DNA from: Actinomycetota bacterium
Lineage (GTDB): Bacteria > Actinomycetota > Coriobacteriia > Anaerosomatales > PHET01
DNA: 64,000 bases
Reading direction: 5' to 3'
NCBI GenBank assembly: GCA_029265315.1
Contig: JAJUJM010000008.1
Location: 37,777 to 101,776, forward strand
The notes beneath the pieces were generated by a model. The model was not told the DNA's origin. It worked only from the letters and a program-made list of their open reading frames with translations, and did not search any database. Shown here one piece after another: positions 47,499-56,344 of the stretch; positions within the stretch are counted from its first letter, which is position 1; the number at the start of each line of letters is the position of its first letter. The position numbers and the translations under genes were made by a program.

Positions 47499-50153
47499 GT
47501 GAGCGACATGCCGACCGCATACGACCCCAAGGCCGTCGAGGGGCCCATCTTCGAGTCGTGGATGGAGGGTGGGTACTTCGGCACTGATATCGTCGAGGGT
47601 GTCCGTCCATTCGCGGTCGTGATACCGCCGCCGAACGTGACCGGTTCGCTCCACATGGGTCACGCGCTCAACAACACGATCCAGGACGTCGTGGTGCGAT
47701 ACCAGCGCATGACCGGCCGGCCCACGCGGTGGGTCGTAGGAACCGACCACGCCGGCATCGCCACGCAGAACAAGGTGGAGCAGAAGCTCGCCGCACAGGG
47801 TCTGAGCAGGCACGACCTGGGACGCGAGGCGTTCATCGAGGCGTGCTGGGAGTGGAGACGTGAGCACGGCAGCACCATCATCAGCCAGCTCAAGGCCATG
47901 GGGTGTTCGTGCGACTACTCCGACGAGTGGTTCACGATGGACCCCAGCTACCAACGCGCCGTGCGCAAGGTGTTCGTGGACTGGTTCAACGCCGGACTGA
48001 TCTACCGCGGCAAGCGCATCATCAACTGGTGTCCGCGTTGCACCACGGCGCTTTCCGACATCGAGGTCGAGCACGAGGACCTCGATTCCCACCTGTGGCA
48101 CCTGCGCTACCCGCTCAAGGAGCTCGTCGGTGACGTCGACCACGTGGTCGTCGCGACCACGCGCCCCGAGACGATGCTCGGTGACACGTGTGTGGCCGTG
48201 CATCCCGACGACGAGCGCTACAAGGCGCTCGTCGGCGCGACCGTCGTGCTGCCGCTCTTGGGCCGCGAGATACCGATCGTCGCCGACGAGTACGTCGACC
48301 CGAGCTTCGGCACAGGCGCGGTCAAGGTCACGCCCGCCCACGACCCCAACGACTTCGAGATCGGCGAGCGCCACGGGGTGGCCAAGATCAACGTCATGGA
48401 GGCGGACGCGACCATCGGACCGGAGGGCGGGCCGTATGCCGGCCTCGACCGCTATGAGGCACGCAAGCGCATCATCACGGACCTCGACGCCGCCGGCCTG
48501 CTCGTGCGCACCGACGACCACGTACACTCGGTCGGGCACTGCTACCGCTGCCACACCGTGGTCGAGCCGTGGCTGTCCGACCAGTGGTTCGTCGACATGA
48601 AGCCGCTCGCTGAGCCGGCCATCCAGGCGGTCAGGGACGGTCGGGTGACGTTCCACCCCAAGCGCTGGGAGAACGTCTACTTCCACTGGATGGAGAACAT
48701 CCGCGACTGGTGCATCTCTCGCCAGCTGTGGTGGGGGCACCGCATCCCGGTGTTCTACTGTGACGCGTGCGGTGCCATGGTCGCGAGCGAGGACGACCTC
48801 GAGCGGTGCCCGAAGTGCGGCAGCGCGCACGTGCGCCAGGACGAGGACGTGCTCGATACGTGGTTCAGCTCCCAGCTCTGGCCGTTCGCCACGTTCGGCT
48901 GGCCCGATGCTGACCCGCGGCTCGACTACTTCTACCCGACGAGCGTGCTCTCCACGGCGCGCGACATCCTTTTCCTGTGGGTCGCGCGCATGATCATGAG
49001 CGGGATGTACTGCGTCGACGGCCAAGTGCCCTTCGACGACGTCATCATCCACCCCACGGTGTTCAACTCCGAGGGCAAGCGCATGAGCAAGTCGCTCGGC
49101 ACCGGCGTCGACCCGCTCGACTTGATGGAGCACTACGGCGCCGACGGCATGCGTTTCGGGCTCATGCTGCAGGTGACCGGAGCTCAGGACTTGAAGTTCA
49201 GCGAGGAGAAGCTCGTCTCCAGCCGCAACTTCGCGAACAAGATCTGGAACGCGAGCCGCTTCGTGCTCATGAACCTCGAGGGCTATGAACCGGGCGAGCC
49301 CGTCGCGCGCACGGTGGCCGACCGCTGGATACTGTCGCGCCTCGCGGGTCTTTCGGCCCGCGTCAGCGAGGGGCTCGACACCTACGAGTTCGGCGAGGTG
49401 GCGCGCTCGCTGTACGACTTCTTCTGGAACGAGTTCTGCGACTGGTACATCGAGCTCGCTAAGGGCCGCCTGCGCGACGATGAGCAGCGCGCCGACGTGC
49501 AGCGCGTGCTCGTCTTCGTGCTCGACAAGGCGCTTCGCCTGCTGCACCCGTTCATGCCGTACGTCACCGAGGCCATCTGGCGCAACTTGCCGCTTGCCGA
49601 GGCCGACCGCGCGCCCTCGCTCATGGTGGCGTCGTGGCCGGACGCATCTCAGTTGGCGCGGTTCACCGACGACGGGGCGGAGCGTTCGATCTCGCGCCTG
49701 ATAGAAGTGGTGACCGGCATCCGGGCGGTCCGCGCTCGCTACCAGGTGCCGCCGAAGCAGGAGGTCCAGGTCGTGTTCCGCACAGCGGGCGACTCCGAGA
49801 CCGAGTGGGTGGAAAGCGAGTTCGCTGAGATGAGCCGCTTGGCGGGTGTCAGCGCGTTCACGGCCGCCACCGATGCCGCGAAGCCCGAGCACTCGGCGAC
49901 CGTCATCGCGAGTGGGCTCGAGGTCTACGTCCCACTCGAGGGCCTCGTCGACTTCGAGGCCGAGGCTGCGCGTCTGCACCGCGAGCGCGGCAAGGTGGCC
50001 GGCGAGCTCGAGAAGCTCGAACGCAAGCTGGGCAACGAAGGGTTCCTCGCCAAGGCGGCCCCGGAGATCATCGAGAAGGACCGCGCGAAGGCGTCCGAGC
50101 TCGCGGAGACGCTCGCTGCCATCATGGCGCAGCTCGCTGAGATCGAAGGCTAG
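47499..50153 (+). CDS. valS: Valyl-tRNA synthetase
   Basis: HIGH motif (PPPNVTGSLHMGHA), KMSKS, editing domain, C-terminal coiled coil. GTG 47499 or ATG 47508. Confidence 0.95.
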   Translation: MSDMPTAYDPKAVEGPIFESWMEGGYFGTDIVEGVRPFAVVIPPPNVTGSLHMGHALNNTIQDVVVRYQRMTGRPTRWVVGTDHAGIATQNKVEQKLAAQGLSRHDLGREAFIEACWEWRREHGSTIISQLKAMGCSCDYSDEWFTMDPSYQRAVRKVFVDWFNAGLIYRGKRIINWCPRCTTALSDIEVEHEDLDSHLWHLRYPLKELVGDVDHVVVATTRPETMLGDTCVAVHPDDERYKALVGATVVLPLLGREIPIVADEYVDPSFGTGAVKVTPAHDPNDFEIGERHGVAKINVMEADATIGPEGGPYAGLDRYEARKRIITDLDAAGLLVRTDDHVHSVGHCYRCHTVVEPWLSDQWFVDMKPLAEPAIQAVRDGRVTFHPKRWENVYFHWMENIRDWCISRQLWWGHRIPVFYCDACGAMVASEDDLERCPKCGSAHVRQDEDVLDTWFSSQLWPFATFGWPDADPRLDYFYPTSVLSTARDILFLWVARMIMSGMYCVDGQVPFDDVIIHPTVFNSEGKRMSKSLGTGVDPLDLMEHYGADGMRFGLMLQVTGAQDLKFSEEKLVSSRNFANKIWNASRFVLMNLEGYEPGEPVARTVADRWILSRLAGLSARVSEGLDTYEFGEVARSLYDFFWNEFCDWYIELAKGRLRDDEQRADVQRVLVFVLDKALRLLHPFMPYVTEAIWRNLPLAEADRAPSLMVASWPDASQLARFTDDGAERSISRLIEVVTGIRAVRARYQVPPKQEVQVVFRTAGDSETEWVESEFAEMSRLAGVSAFTAATDAAKPEHSATVIASGLEVYVPLEGLVDFEAEAARLHRERGKVAGELEKLERKLGNEGFLAKAAPEIIEKDRAKASELAETLAAIMAQLAEIEG

Positions 50154-50163
50154 GTCTCAGCGA

Positions 50164-51546
50164 GTGAGCGAGGTCGGCTACCTCGATGCGACCGCCGTGG
50201 TCGCCGCTGCGCTCAAGTTCGGTGTGAACCCGTCACTCGACGGGATCCGGGCGATGTGCGAGCAGATGGACCGGCCGCAGGACGCGTTCGTCTCCATCCA
50301 GGTCACGGGCACGAACGGCAAGACGTCGACCGCGCGCCTCATCGCCTCGCTGCTCGGCGCCGAGGGCCTGAACCGCGGGCTGTTCACGAGCCCCGAGCTG
50401 GAGCGCTACCCCGAGCGTATGGAGGTCGCCGGTCAGGTGGTCTCCGATGCCGAGTTCACGCGCGCGATCGCCGCGGCGCTCGAAGCGGCCGCACGTGCCA
50501 CGATGGCGGCAGGCGCATCACCCGGGGCGGCCGCTGACGCCACGGAGTTCGAACTGTTGACCGCGGCGGCGTTGTGGCTGTTCCGCGAGCGCGCCGTCGA
50601 GGTCGCCGTGCTCGAGGTGGGCATGGGAGGGCGCTGGGACGCGACGAGCGTGGTGTCGCCCGCGGTGTCCGTCGTGACCGGGGTCGGTCTGGACCACGTA
50701 GCGGTCCTCGGCGACACCCGGGAGGCGATCGCGACAGAGAAGGCGGCGATCATCGCACCCGGCGCGGTCGCCATCATCGGGCCGGGCACCGAGGGCATCG
50801 AGGAGGTCTTCACCACAAGGGCGGCCGAGGTGGGAGCGGAGCTGTACGCGGTCCGCGAGGTGGATGCTGGCTCTCCGGTGTCAGACGACCGTACCGTGCG
50901 CTACGCGGTCCGCAAGCGCCCGTCGTCACCTCTCGGCCACACCCTCATGGATGTCCGGAGCGCACACGGCTCCTACCGGGGCTTGCGGCTACGGGCCCCC
51001 GCCTACCAGGCGGCCAACGTCGCGACCGCGCTCGCTGCGGCCGAGGCGCAGCTGGGCCGTGCACTGGACCCGGCTCGGGTCGGGGAGGTCCTCGGTGCGA
51101 TACGCTTCCCGGGACGCTTCGAGGTGCTTGCCGAGCATCCGGCGATCATCGTCGATGGCTCACACAACCCGCAGGCGGCCGGCGTGCTCGCGGGCGCCAT
51201 CGCCGACGCGTGGCCGTCGCCGGAAGCGCGGCCGCTCGTCGTGCTCGGCGTGCTCGCCGACAAGGACGCGGCGGGCATCGTGCGAGCACTCGCCGAGGTC
51301 GCGGGCTCGTTCGCCGTCGTCGAGCCGGATTCGCCGCGCGCGCTGCCCGCGGAGAGTCTGGCCGAGGTTGTGCGCGAGGTCACCGGTGTGGCCCCCCGCG
51401 TGCTCGGGTCCGCTCGGGGGGCGGCGAGCTCTCTCGTCGCCCAGTCCGAGACGGATGTCGTCATCACGGGCTCTCTCACGACCGCGGGACAGGCGCGAGG
51501 GGCCCTTCTGCTATCATCCCGTCAGTCCGCGCGCACGCGCGGGTGA
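50164..51546 (+). CDS. folC: Folylpolyglutamate synthase / dihydrofolate synthase
   Basis: GTG 50164 inside track ORF 49846-51546. Mur-ligase P-loop VTGTNGKTST. Conserved valS-folC adjacency. Confidence 0.85.
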   Translation: MSEVGYLDATAVVAAALKFGVNPSLDGIRAMCEQMDRPQDAFVSIQVTGTNGKTSTARLIASLLGAEGLNRGLFTSPELERYPERMEVAGQVVSDAEFTRAIAAALEAAARATMAAGASPGAAADATEFELLTAAALWLFRERAVEVAVLEVGMGGRWDATSVVSPAVSVVTGVGLDHVAVLGDTREAIATEKAAIIAPGAVAIIGPGTEGIEEVFTTRAAEVGAELYAVREVDAGSPVSDDRTVRYAVRKRPSSPLGHTLMDVRSAHGSYRGLRLRAPAYQAANVATALAAAEAQLGRALDPARVGEVLGAIRFPGRFEVLAEHPAIIVDGSHNPQAAGVLAGAIADAWPSPEARPLVVLGVLADKDAAGIVRALAEVAGSFAVVEPDSPRALPAESLAEVVREVTGVAPRVLGSARGAASSLVAQSETDVVITGSLTTAGQARGALLLSSRQSARTRG

Positions 51547-51560
51547 CTGAATAAGGGGAG

Positions 51561-52001
51561 ATGATGGGCGAACTCTTCGCACCCGTCCTGCAAAGCCCGC
51601 TCTTCAAGCTCGTCTCACAGCTGTGCATCCTGTTCGGCATCGTGTTCTGGTTCGCGCTCACCTTCTGGACGGTGCGCGATGCGAACCGTCGCGGCGCGAT
51701 GGGCTGGTTCTGGGGACTCGCTAACCTCGTGTTCCCGGTCGCGGGCTGGGTCATCTACCTCGTCGTCAGGCCGCCGGAGTTCATGGACGACGCCCGGGAA
51801 CGCGAGCTGGAGATCCGTGCCAAAGAGGTCGCTCTCACGCGGGACTTCGAGTCGTGTCCTGCGTGTTACAAGCCCGTGGAGAAGGACTTCCTGATCTGTC
51901 CATACTGCATGAAGAAGCTGCGGAAGGGCTGCATCGAATGCGGTAGGGCCCTCAAGCTGCAGTGGGCGGTCTGTCCGTACTGCAAGACGCGCCAGGAGTA
52001 G
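51561..52001 (+). CDS. Membrane protein with PLD-N-terminal-like TM hairpin and C-terminal double zinc ribbon
   Basis: WFWGLANLVFPVAGWVIYLVVRP resembles the cardiolipin-synthase N-terminal motif. C-terminus has CPAC...CPYC...CIEC...CPYC. Confidence 0.6.
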   Translation: MMGELFAPVLQSPLFKLVSQLCILFGIVFWFALTFWTVRDANRRGAMGWFWGLANLVFPVAGWVIYLVVRPPEFMDDARERELEIRAKEVALTRDFESCPACYKPVEKDFLICPYCMKKLRKGCIECGRALKLQWAVCPYCKTRQE

Positions 52002-52053
52002 GGGCATAAGACCCAATACGAAGTCTGTCACGAGTCAACAAGGAGTCAACGAG

Positions 52054-52083
52054 GCGCCCCGCCCGAGCAACCGCGGGGCGCTT
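52054..52083 (+). terminator. GC hairpin upstream of thrS (GCGCCCCGC-N10-GCGGGGCGC-TT)
   Basis: A 9-bp perfect stem 24 nt before ATG 52107. Either a terminator of the upstream gene or a thrS leader structure. Confidence 0.3.
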
Positions 52084-52106
52084 CCCGCTACGACAGGAGT
52101 CATCCG

Positions 52107-54032
52107 ATGCCCGACATCACCGTGCGACTTCCCGACGGAAGCCAAAAGCAGGTGCCCGAAGGTTCGACCGTCGCGGACGTGGCCGCCGCGATCGGGTCCC
52201 GTCTGGCCTCGGCGGCGCTCGCCGGCAAGGTCAACGGCGACATGGTCGACCTCAACCGGGTCGTCTCCGACGGCGACACGGTCGAGATCATCACGGACCG
52301 GAGCCCCGAGGCGCTCGACCTGCTGCGGCACTCGACCGCCCACATCATGGCCGAAGCGGTGCGGGAGCTGTTCCCGCACGCTGAGTTCGGCATAGGCCCC
52401 GCCATCGAGGACGGCTTCTACTACGACTTCGACATAGGTCGCTCGTTCACCCCGGAGGACCTTGAGGCCATCGAGGAGCGCATGCGCCAGATCGTCGCAC
52501 AGGAGGCGCCGTTCGTGCGTGAGGAGTGGACGCGTCTCGAGGCGTACGACCGGATGGACGGCCAGCCGTACAAGCAGGAGCTCATCAACGAGCTGCCCGA
52601 GGACGTCACGATCTCGACCTATTCGCAGGGCGGGTTCATCGACCTGTGCCGTGGCCCGCACGTCCCGCACTCCGGACGTATCGGCGCCTTCAAGTTGATG
52701 AAGATCGCCGGCGCCTACTGGCGAGGCGATTCGAGCCGCCCGATGCTGCAGCGCATCTACGGCACCGCGTGGTTCACGCAGAAGGACCTCGACGCATACC
52801 TGACGCGGCTCGAGGAGGCCGAGAAGCGCGACCACCGTAAGCTGGGCCGTGAGCTCGACCTCTTCAGCCTGCACGAGGAGGCCGGCGCGGGTCTGCCGCT
52901 CTACCACCCCAAGGGGGCGCGGGTCCTGCGTCTGATCCAGGAGTGGTTGCGCGCCGAGCTCTACCGCCGCGGGTACGTCGAAGCGATCACGCCGCACATC
53001 TACAAGGCCGACGTCTGGAAGATCTCGGGGCACTGGGACAACTACCGGGAGAACATGTACTTCTTCCAGGTGGACGAGGGCGAGGGTCGCATCAACGACT
53101 ACGGCATCAAGCCCATGAACTGCCCAGGCCACATCATGATCTACAACAACGACGTGCGGTCCTACCGTGACCTGCCCATCCGCATGTTCGAGTTCGGCAC
53201 GGTCTACCGCCACGAGCTCTCCGGCGTCGTGCACGGCCTCATGCGCGCCCGCGGCTTCACGCAAGACGACGCCCACATCTTCTGTACCGCCGAGCAGGTC
53301 ACGCCGGAGGTCATGCTCATGCTCGACCTCGTCGACTACGTGAACGGCGTGTTCGGCTTCGAATACACCGCGGAGGTCTCGACCCGTCCGGAGAAGTCGA
53401 TCCAAGGCTTCGACGACGAGTGGGAGCACGCGACCAAGGCGCTCATGGACGCGCTCGACCAGCGCGGCATGGCCTACGACATCAACGAGGGCGACGGGGC
53501 GTTCTATGGGCCGAAGATCGACATCAAGCTCAAGGACGCGATCGGCCGTACGTGGCAGACCGCCACGATCCAGGTCGACTTCAACAACCCGATGCGTTTC
53601 GACATGACGTACCGTACGGCGGACAACACCGAGGCGCGGCCGTTCATGCTGCACCGCACGATCCTAGGGTCGATGGAGCGGTTCCTGGGCATCCTCATCG
53701 AGCACTACGCGGGCGCGTTTCCGACGTGGCTCGCTCCTGTGCAGGCGGTCATCATCCCTATCGCCGACCGTCACCTCGAGTACGCGCAGAAGGTCGCGGC
53801 CCAGTTGGCCGATGCTGACGTGCGCGTGGAGGTGTACGCGGACAACGAGCCGATGCGCGTCAAGATCGCCAAGGCGCAGGCCCAGAAGGTCCCGTACATG
53901 CTCGTCGTGGGAGACCGCGAGGCCGAGGAAGGCGCCGTGGGGGTCCGCGAACGTGTCGCCGGCGACGTCGGCGCCCAGAGCGTGGTCGACTTCATCGAGC
54001 GCGTGCGAAGCGAGGTACCCGTAGCGAGATGA
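52107..54032 (+). CDS. thrS: Threonyl-tRNA synthetase
   Basis: N-terminal TGS domain, editing-domain HSTAH, class II motifs (FRHELSG, GFTQDDAHIF), anticodon-binding domain. Confidence 0.95.
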   Translation: MPDITVRLPDGSQKQVPEGSTVADVAAAIGSRLASAALAGKVNGDMVDLNRVVSDGDTVEIITDRSPEALDLLRHSTAHIMAEAVRELFPHAEFGIGPAIEDGFYYDFDIGRSFTPEDLEAIEERMRQIVAQEAPFVREEWTRLEAYDRMDGQPYKQELINELPEDVTISTYSQGGFIDLCRGPHVPHSGRIGAFKLMKIAGAYWRGDSSRPMLQRIYGTAWFTQKDLDAYLTRLEEAEKRDHRKLGRELDLFSLHEEAGAGLPLYHPKGARVLRLIQEWLRAELYRRGYVEAITPHIYKADVWKISGHWDNYRENMYFFQVDEGEGRINDYGIKPMNCPGHIMIYNNDVRSYRDLPIRMFEFGTVYRHELSGVVHGLMRARGFTQDDAHIFCTAEQVTPEVMLMLDLVDYVNGVFGFEYTAEVSTRPEKSIQGFDDEWEHATKALMDALDQRGMAYDINEGDGAFYGPKIDIKLKDAIGRTWQTATIQVDFNNPMRFDMTYRTADNTEARPFMLHRTILGSMERFLGILIEHYAGAFPTWLAPVQAVIIPIADRHLEYAQKVAAQLADADVRVEVYADNEPMRVKIAKAQAQKVPYMLVVGDREAEEGAVGVRERVAGDVGAQSVVDFIERVRSEVPVAR

Positions 54033-55141
54033 GCCTGGCCACAAGACTCCTCGAGCGCCTCGTGGTGTTCTCCCTCGGATGGTGGGTCCTTTCGGAGGGA
54101 GAGGCGTCCTCGTGGGTCTTCGGTATCCCGTTCGCGCTGCTGGCGTCGTCCTCGGAGCACGCGCCTCAGCACGTGTGCCGTCCGGCGGCCGCGCGCAACC
54201 TGCTCATCGACGCCCTGCGCTTCGTGGCCATCGCGATGGTCGTCCTGACGCACGTGCTCAATCTGCGATGGGAGTTCAAGGAGCTGCCGCTTGCCGCTGA
54301 GACCGTGCGCGCGATGATGGCGTTCAACATGCCGCTGTTCGCGTTCGTGTCCGGCTATGTGAACCGGGGGCTGGAGCGCGACGGCCCATGGCGCTTTGTG
54401 CGCAGCAAGGCGTTGGCGCTGCTCGTGCCGTACTACGCGTGGATCATCGTGGAGATGCCATTGAGGCGCGTGGCGCTCGCTGATGCGCCGGAACGGCTGC
54501 TGCGCGCCGCGTTCGACCCCAAGGCGGCGTTTCAGATGTGGTTCCTGCTCGTGCTGTTCTACGCGTTCGCGCTGCTTGCACTCTCGCGCCTCGTCAGCCG
54601 CAGCGAGTGGTGGTTCGGCGGCGTCGCGCTCGCCGTGGGCCTGCTGCCGCTCGTGTGGGAACCGGACAGCAACCTCATCGTGAGGCTCTGCTGGCTCTAC
54701 CCGTTCGTGGTGGGCGGCTACCTCGTCGCCCGGCACCGTGAGAGCTGTCGTCGCTTCGACGACGTGGCGGCCGTCGTGGGGCTTGTCGCCTTTCCGCTCC
54801 TGCTTGCGAGTGGGTTGGACGGCGCGCCGTACCGTCTCGCGATCGGGGCCGCCGGCTCCGCGGCGCTCTGGGCGCTGTTGCGCTGGATGCCGCAGGCGGT
54901 CCTCACGCGGCTGGCGTGGGCCGGGGCGAAGTCGCTCGGTGTGTACGGTGGCCAGATGGTGCTGCTGCCGTTTCTGATCGTGGGCGCCGGCTGGCCGGGG
55001 GCGTTCACGAGCTGGGCGCTCGTGACGGCGGCCGCGCTCGCGCTCACGATGGCGCTCGAGCGCTTCGCCGTGACGCGTGCGATCTTCCTCGGGCAGTGGC
55101 CCAAGCCGACGAGGAACCGCGGGGCGGCCGCGGCGGCGTGA
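54029..55141 (+). CDS. Acyltransferase family 3 membrane protein (OafA-like)
   Basis: ATGA overlap with thrS. IDALRFVAIAMVVLTHV (catalytic His) and PLFAFVSGY motifs. About 10 TM segments. Confidence 0.7.
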   Translation: MSLATRLLERLVVFSLGWWVLSEGEASSWVFGIPFALLASSSEHAPQHVCRPAAARNLLIDALRFVAIAMVVLTHVLNLRWEFKELPLAAETVRAMMAFNMPLFAFVSGYVNRGLERDGPWRFVRSKALALLVPYYAWIIVEMPLRRVALADAPERLLRAAFDPKAAFQMWFLLVLFYAFALLALSRLVSRSEWWFGGVALAVGLLPLVWEPDSNLIVRLCWLYPFVVGGYLVARHRESCRRFDDVAAVVGLVAFPLLLASGLDGAPYRLAIGAAGSAALWALLRWMPQAVLTRLAWAGAKSLGVYGGQMVLLPFLIVGAGWPGAFTSWALVTAAALALTMALERFAVTRAIFLGQWPKPTRNRGAAAAA

Positions 55142-55288
55142 GGCACGCCGTAAGGAGGCGCAGCTTCCGGGCGGAGAGCGGCGGCTGTGCCGGCCGGCTC
55201 TTCCTGAGGCGCGGATCGCCACCGCTGCGCTACCATTGTCCGCGACCCGCGAAGCACAGCGACCACCCGCACACGGAGCAAGGAAGCC

Positions 55289-56344
55289 ATGATGACCCGC
55301 GAGACCGGAGCCGCGATCAGGCGCGAGGCCGACCGCCTGCTCGCCGAGGCGCTGAGGCGCCAGTGGGCGGCCATCCCCGGCCTCAAGGCGTCGTTCACGG
55401 ACGTGCAGGTCAAGAGCACCGAGGACGACATGCGCTACCACCTCATGTTCCTCGCGTCGGCATTGTGGGTGGGAAGCGAGGAGCTGTTCGCGGACTACGT
55501 GCGCTGGGTGGCCATCCTGTTCGACAATCTCCAGCTGCCGCGCATGTGGATCGTATCGAGCATGGAGTGCTGCCGGGGCGCCCTCGACGACGTCTTGCCC
55601 GCCCACCAAGCGGCGCTCGCAGACAGCTACCTCGACGTGGGGCTCGCCACGCTCGACGAGCCGCCCGCCGAGCTCGACACGCACCTCTCGCCAGACCAGC
55701 CCTACAGCGAGCTTGCCGTGCGCTACCTGGGGCACGTCCTCGGGGGCGAGCGGCACGAGGCGGTCGATCTCATCGACCAGTCGGCCCAAAGCGGCATGCG
55801 CATCGACGACATCTACCGCTGGGTGCTGCAGCCGGTACAGCTCGAGCTCGGGCGCCTGTGGCTCTCGAACCGCATCTCGGTCGCGCTCGAGCACTACGCG
55901 ACCGCGGTGACGCAGATGGCTATGTCGCGCCTGTACGGGAGGATGTTCACCGGCGAGCACACGGGGCGCCGTGTGGTGGCGGCGTGCATCGGCGGCGAGC
56001 TGCACGAGCTGGGCCTGCGCATGGTGGCCGACTTCCTCGAGATGGACGGCTGGGACTCGCACTACCTGGGGGCGAACACGCCGCTTGCCTCGATCGTCGA
56101 GACGGTGGCCGCGCTCGAGGCCGACCTCGTGGCGCTCTCGGCGACGATGAGCGTGTACGTGCCCGAGGTCGAGCAGGCCATCGCCGCGCTGCGCGCGGAC
56201 GAGCGCACGGCGAGCGCCCGGATCCTCGTGGGCGGCTACCCGTTCAACGTCGACCCGCGGATCTGGCAGGCCGTGGGCGCCGACGGCTCGGCGAAGGATG
56301 CCGACGAAGCGGTGCGCCTCGCATCCGAGCTGGTGGCGTCGTGA
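55289..56344 (+). CDS. Stand-alone CarH-like cobalamin (AdoB12) light-sensor module with a novel ~165 aa N-terminal domain
   Basis: Wx9EH (W 55859-55861, EH 55889-55894). ExHxxG (GELHELG, His codon 56003-56005), then exactly 41 aa to SAT and 28 aa to GG. No MerR DNA-binding domain. Confidence 0.75.
   Translation: MMTRETGAAIRREADRLLAEALRRQWAAIPGLKASFTDVQVKSTEDDMRYHLMFLASALWVGSEELFADYVRWVAILFDNLQLPRMWIVSSMECCRGALDDVLPAHQAALADSYLDVGLATLDEPPAELDTHLSPDQPYSELAVRYLGHVLGGERHEAVDLIDQSAQSGMRIDDIYRWVLQPVQLELGRLWLSNRISVALEHYATAVTQMAMSRLYGRMFTGEHTGRRVVAACIGGELHELGLRMVADFLEMDGWDSHYLGANTPLASIVETVAALEADLVALSATMSVYVPEVEQAIAALRADERTASARILVGGYPFNVDPRIWQAVGADGSAKDADEAVRLASELVAS

Noticed and set aside
47418-49979. 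853-aa minus-strand ORF
   Set aside because: Antisense to valS (HIGH/KMSKS present on the + strand). GC artefact.
52035-53654. 539-aa minus-strand ORF
   Set aside because: Antisense to thrS.
54029-54160. The first ~45 aa of the acyltransferase resemble the N-terminus of MnhE/MrpE antiporter subunits, raising the idea of a fusion remnant
   Set aside because: The similarity rests only on a hydrophobic pattern, which is too weak to support without a database search.
53771-56062. 763-aa minus-strand ORF spanning the thrS end, the acyltransferase gene and the B12-sensor gene
   Set aside because: It crosses three well-supported + strand genes. Composition is Arg/Pro/Glu-rich with no recognisable domain.
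54916-56340. 5' 475 codons of the 922-aa + strand track ORF 54916-57684
   Set aside because: This part runs out of frame across the acyltransferase and B12-sensor genes and is Arg/Gly/Ala junk. The real gene (PAS-GGDEF) starts at the GTG 56341 that overlaps the upstream stop.
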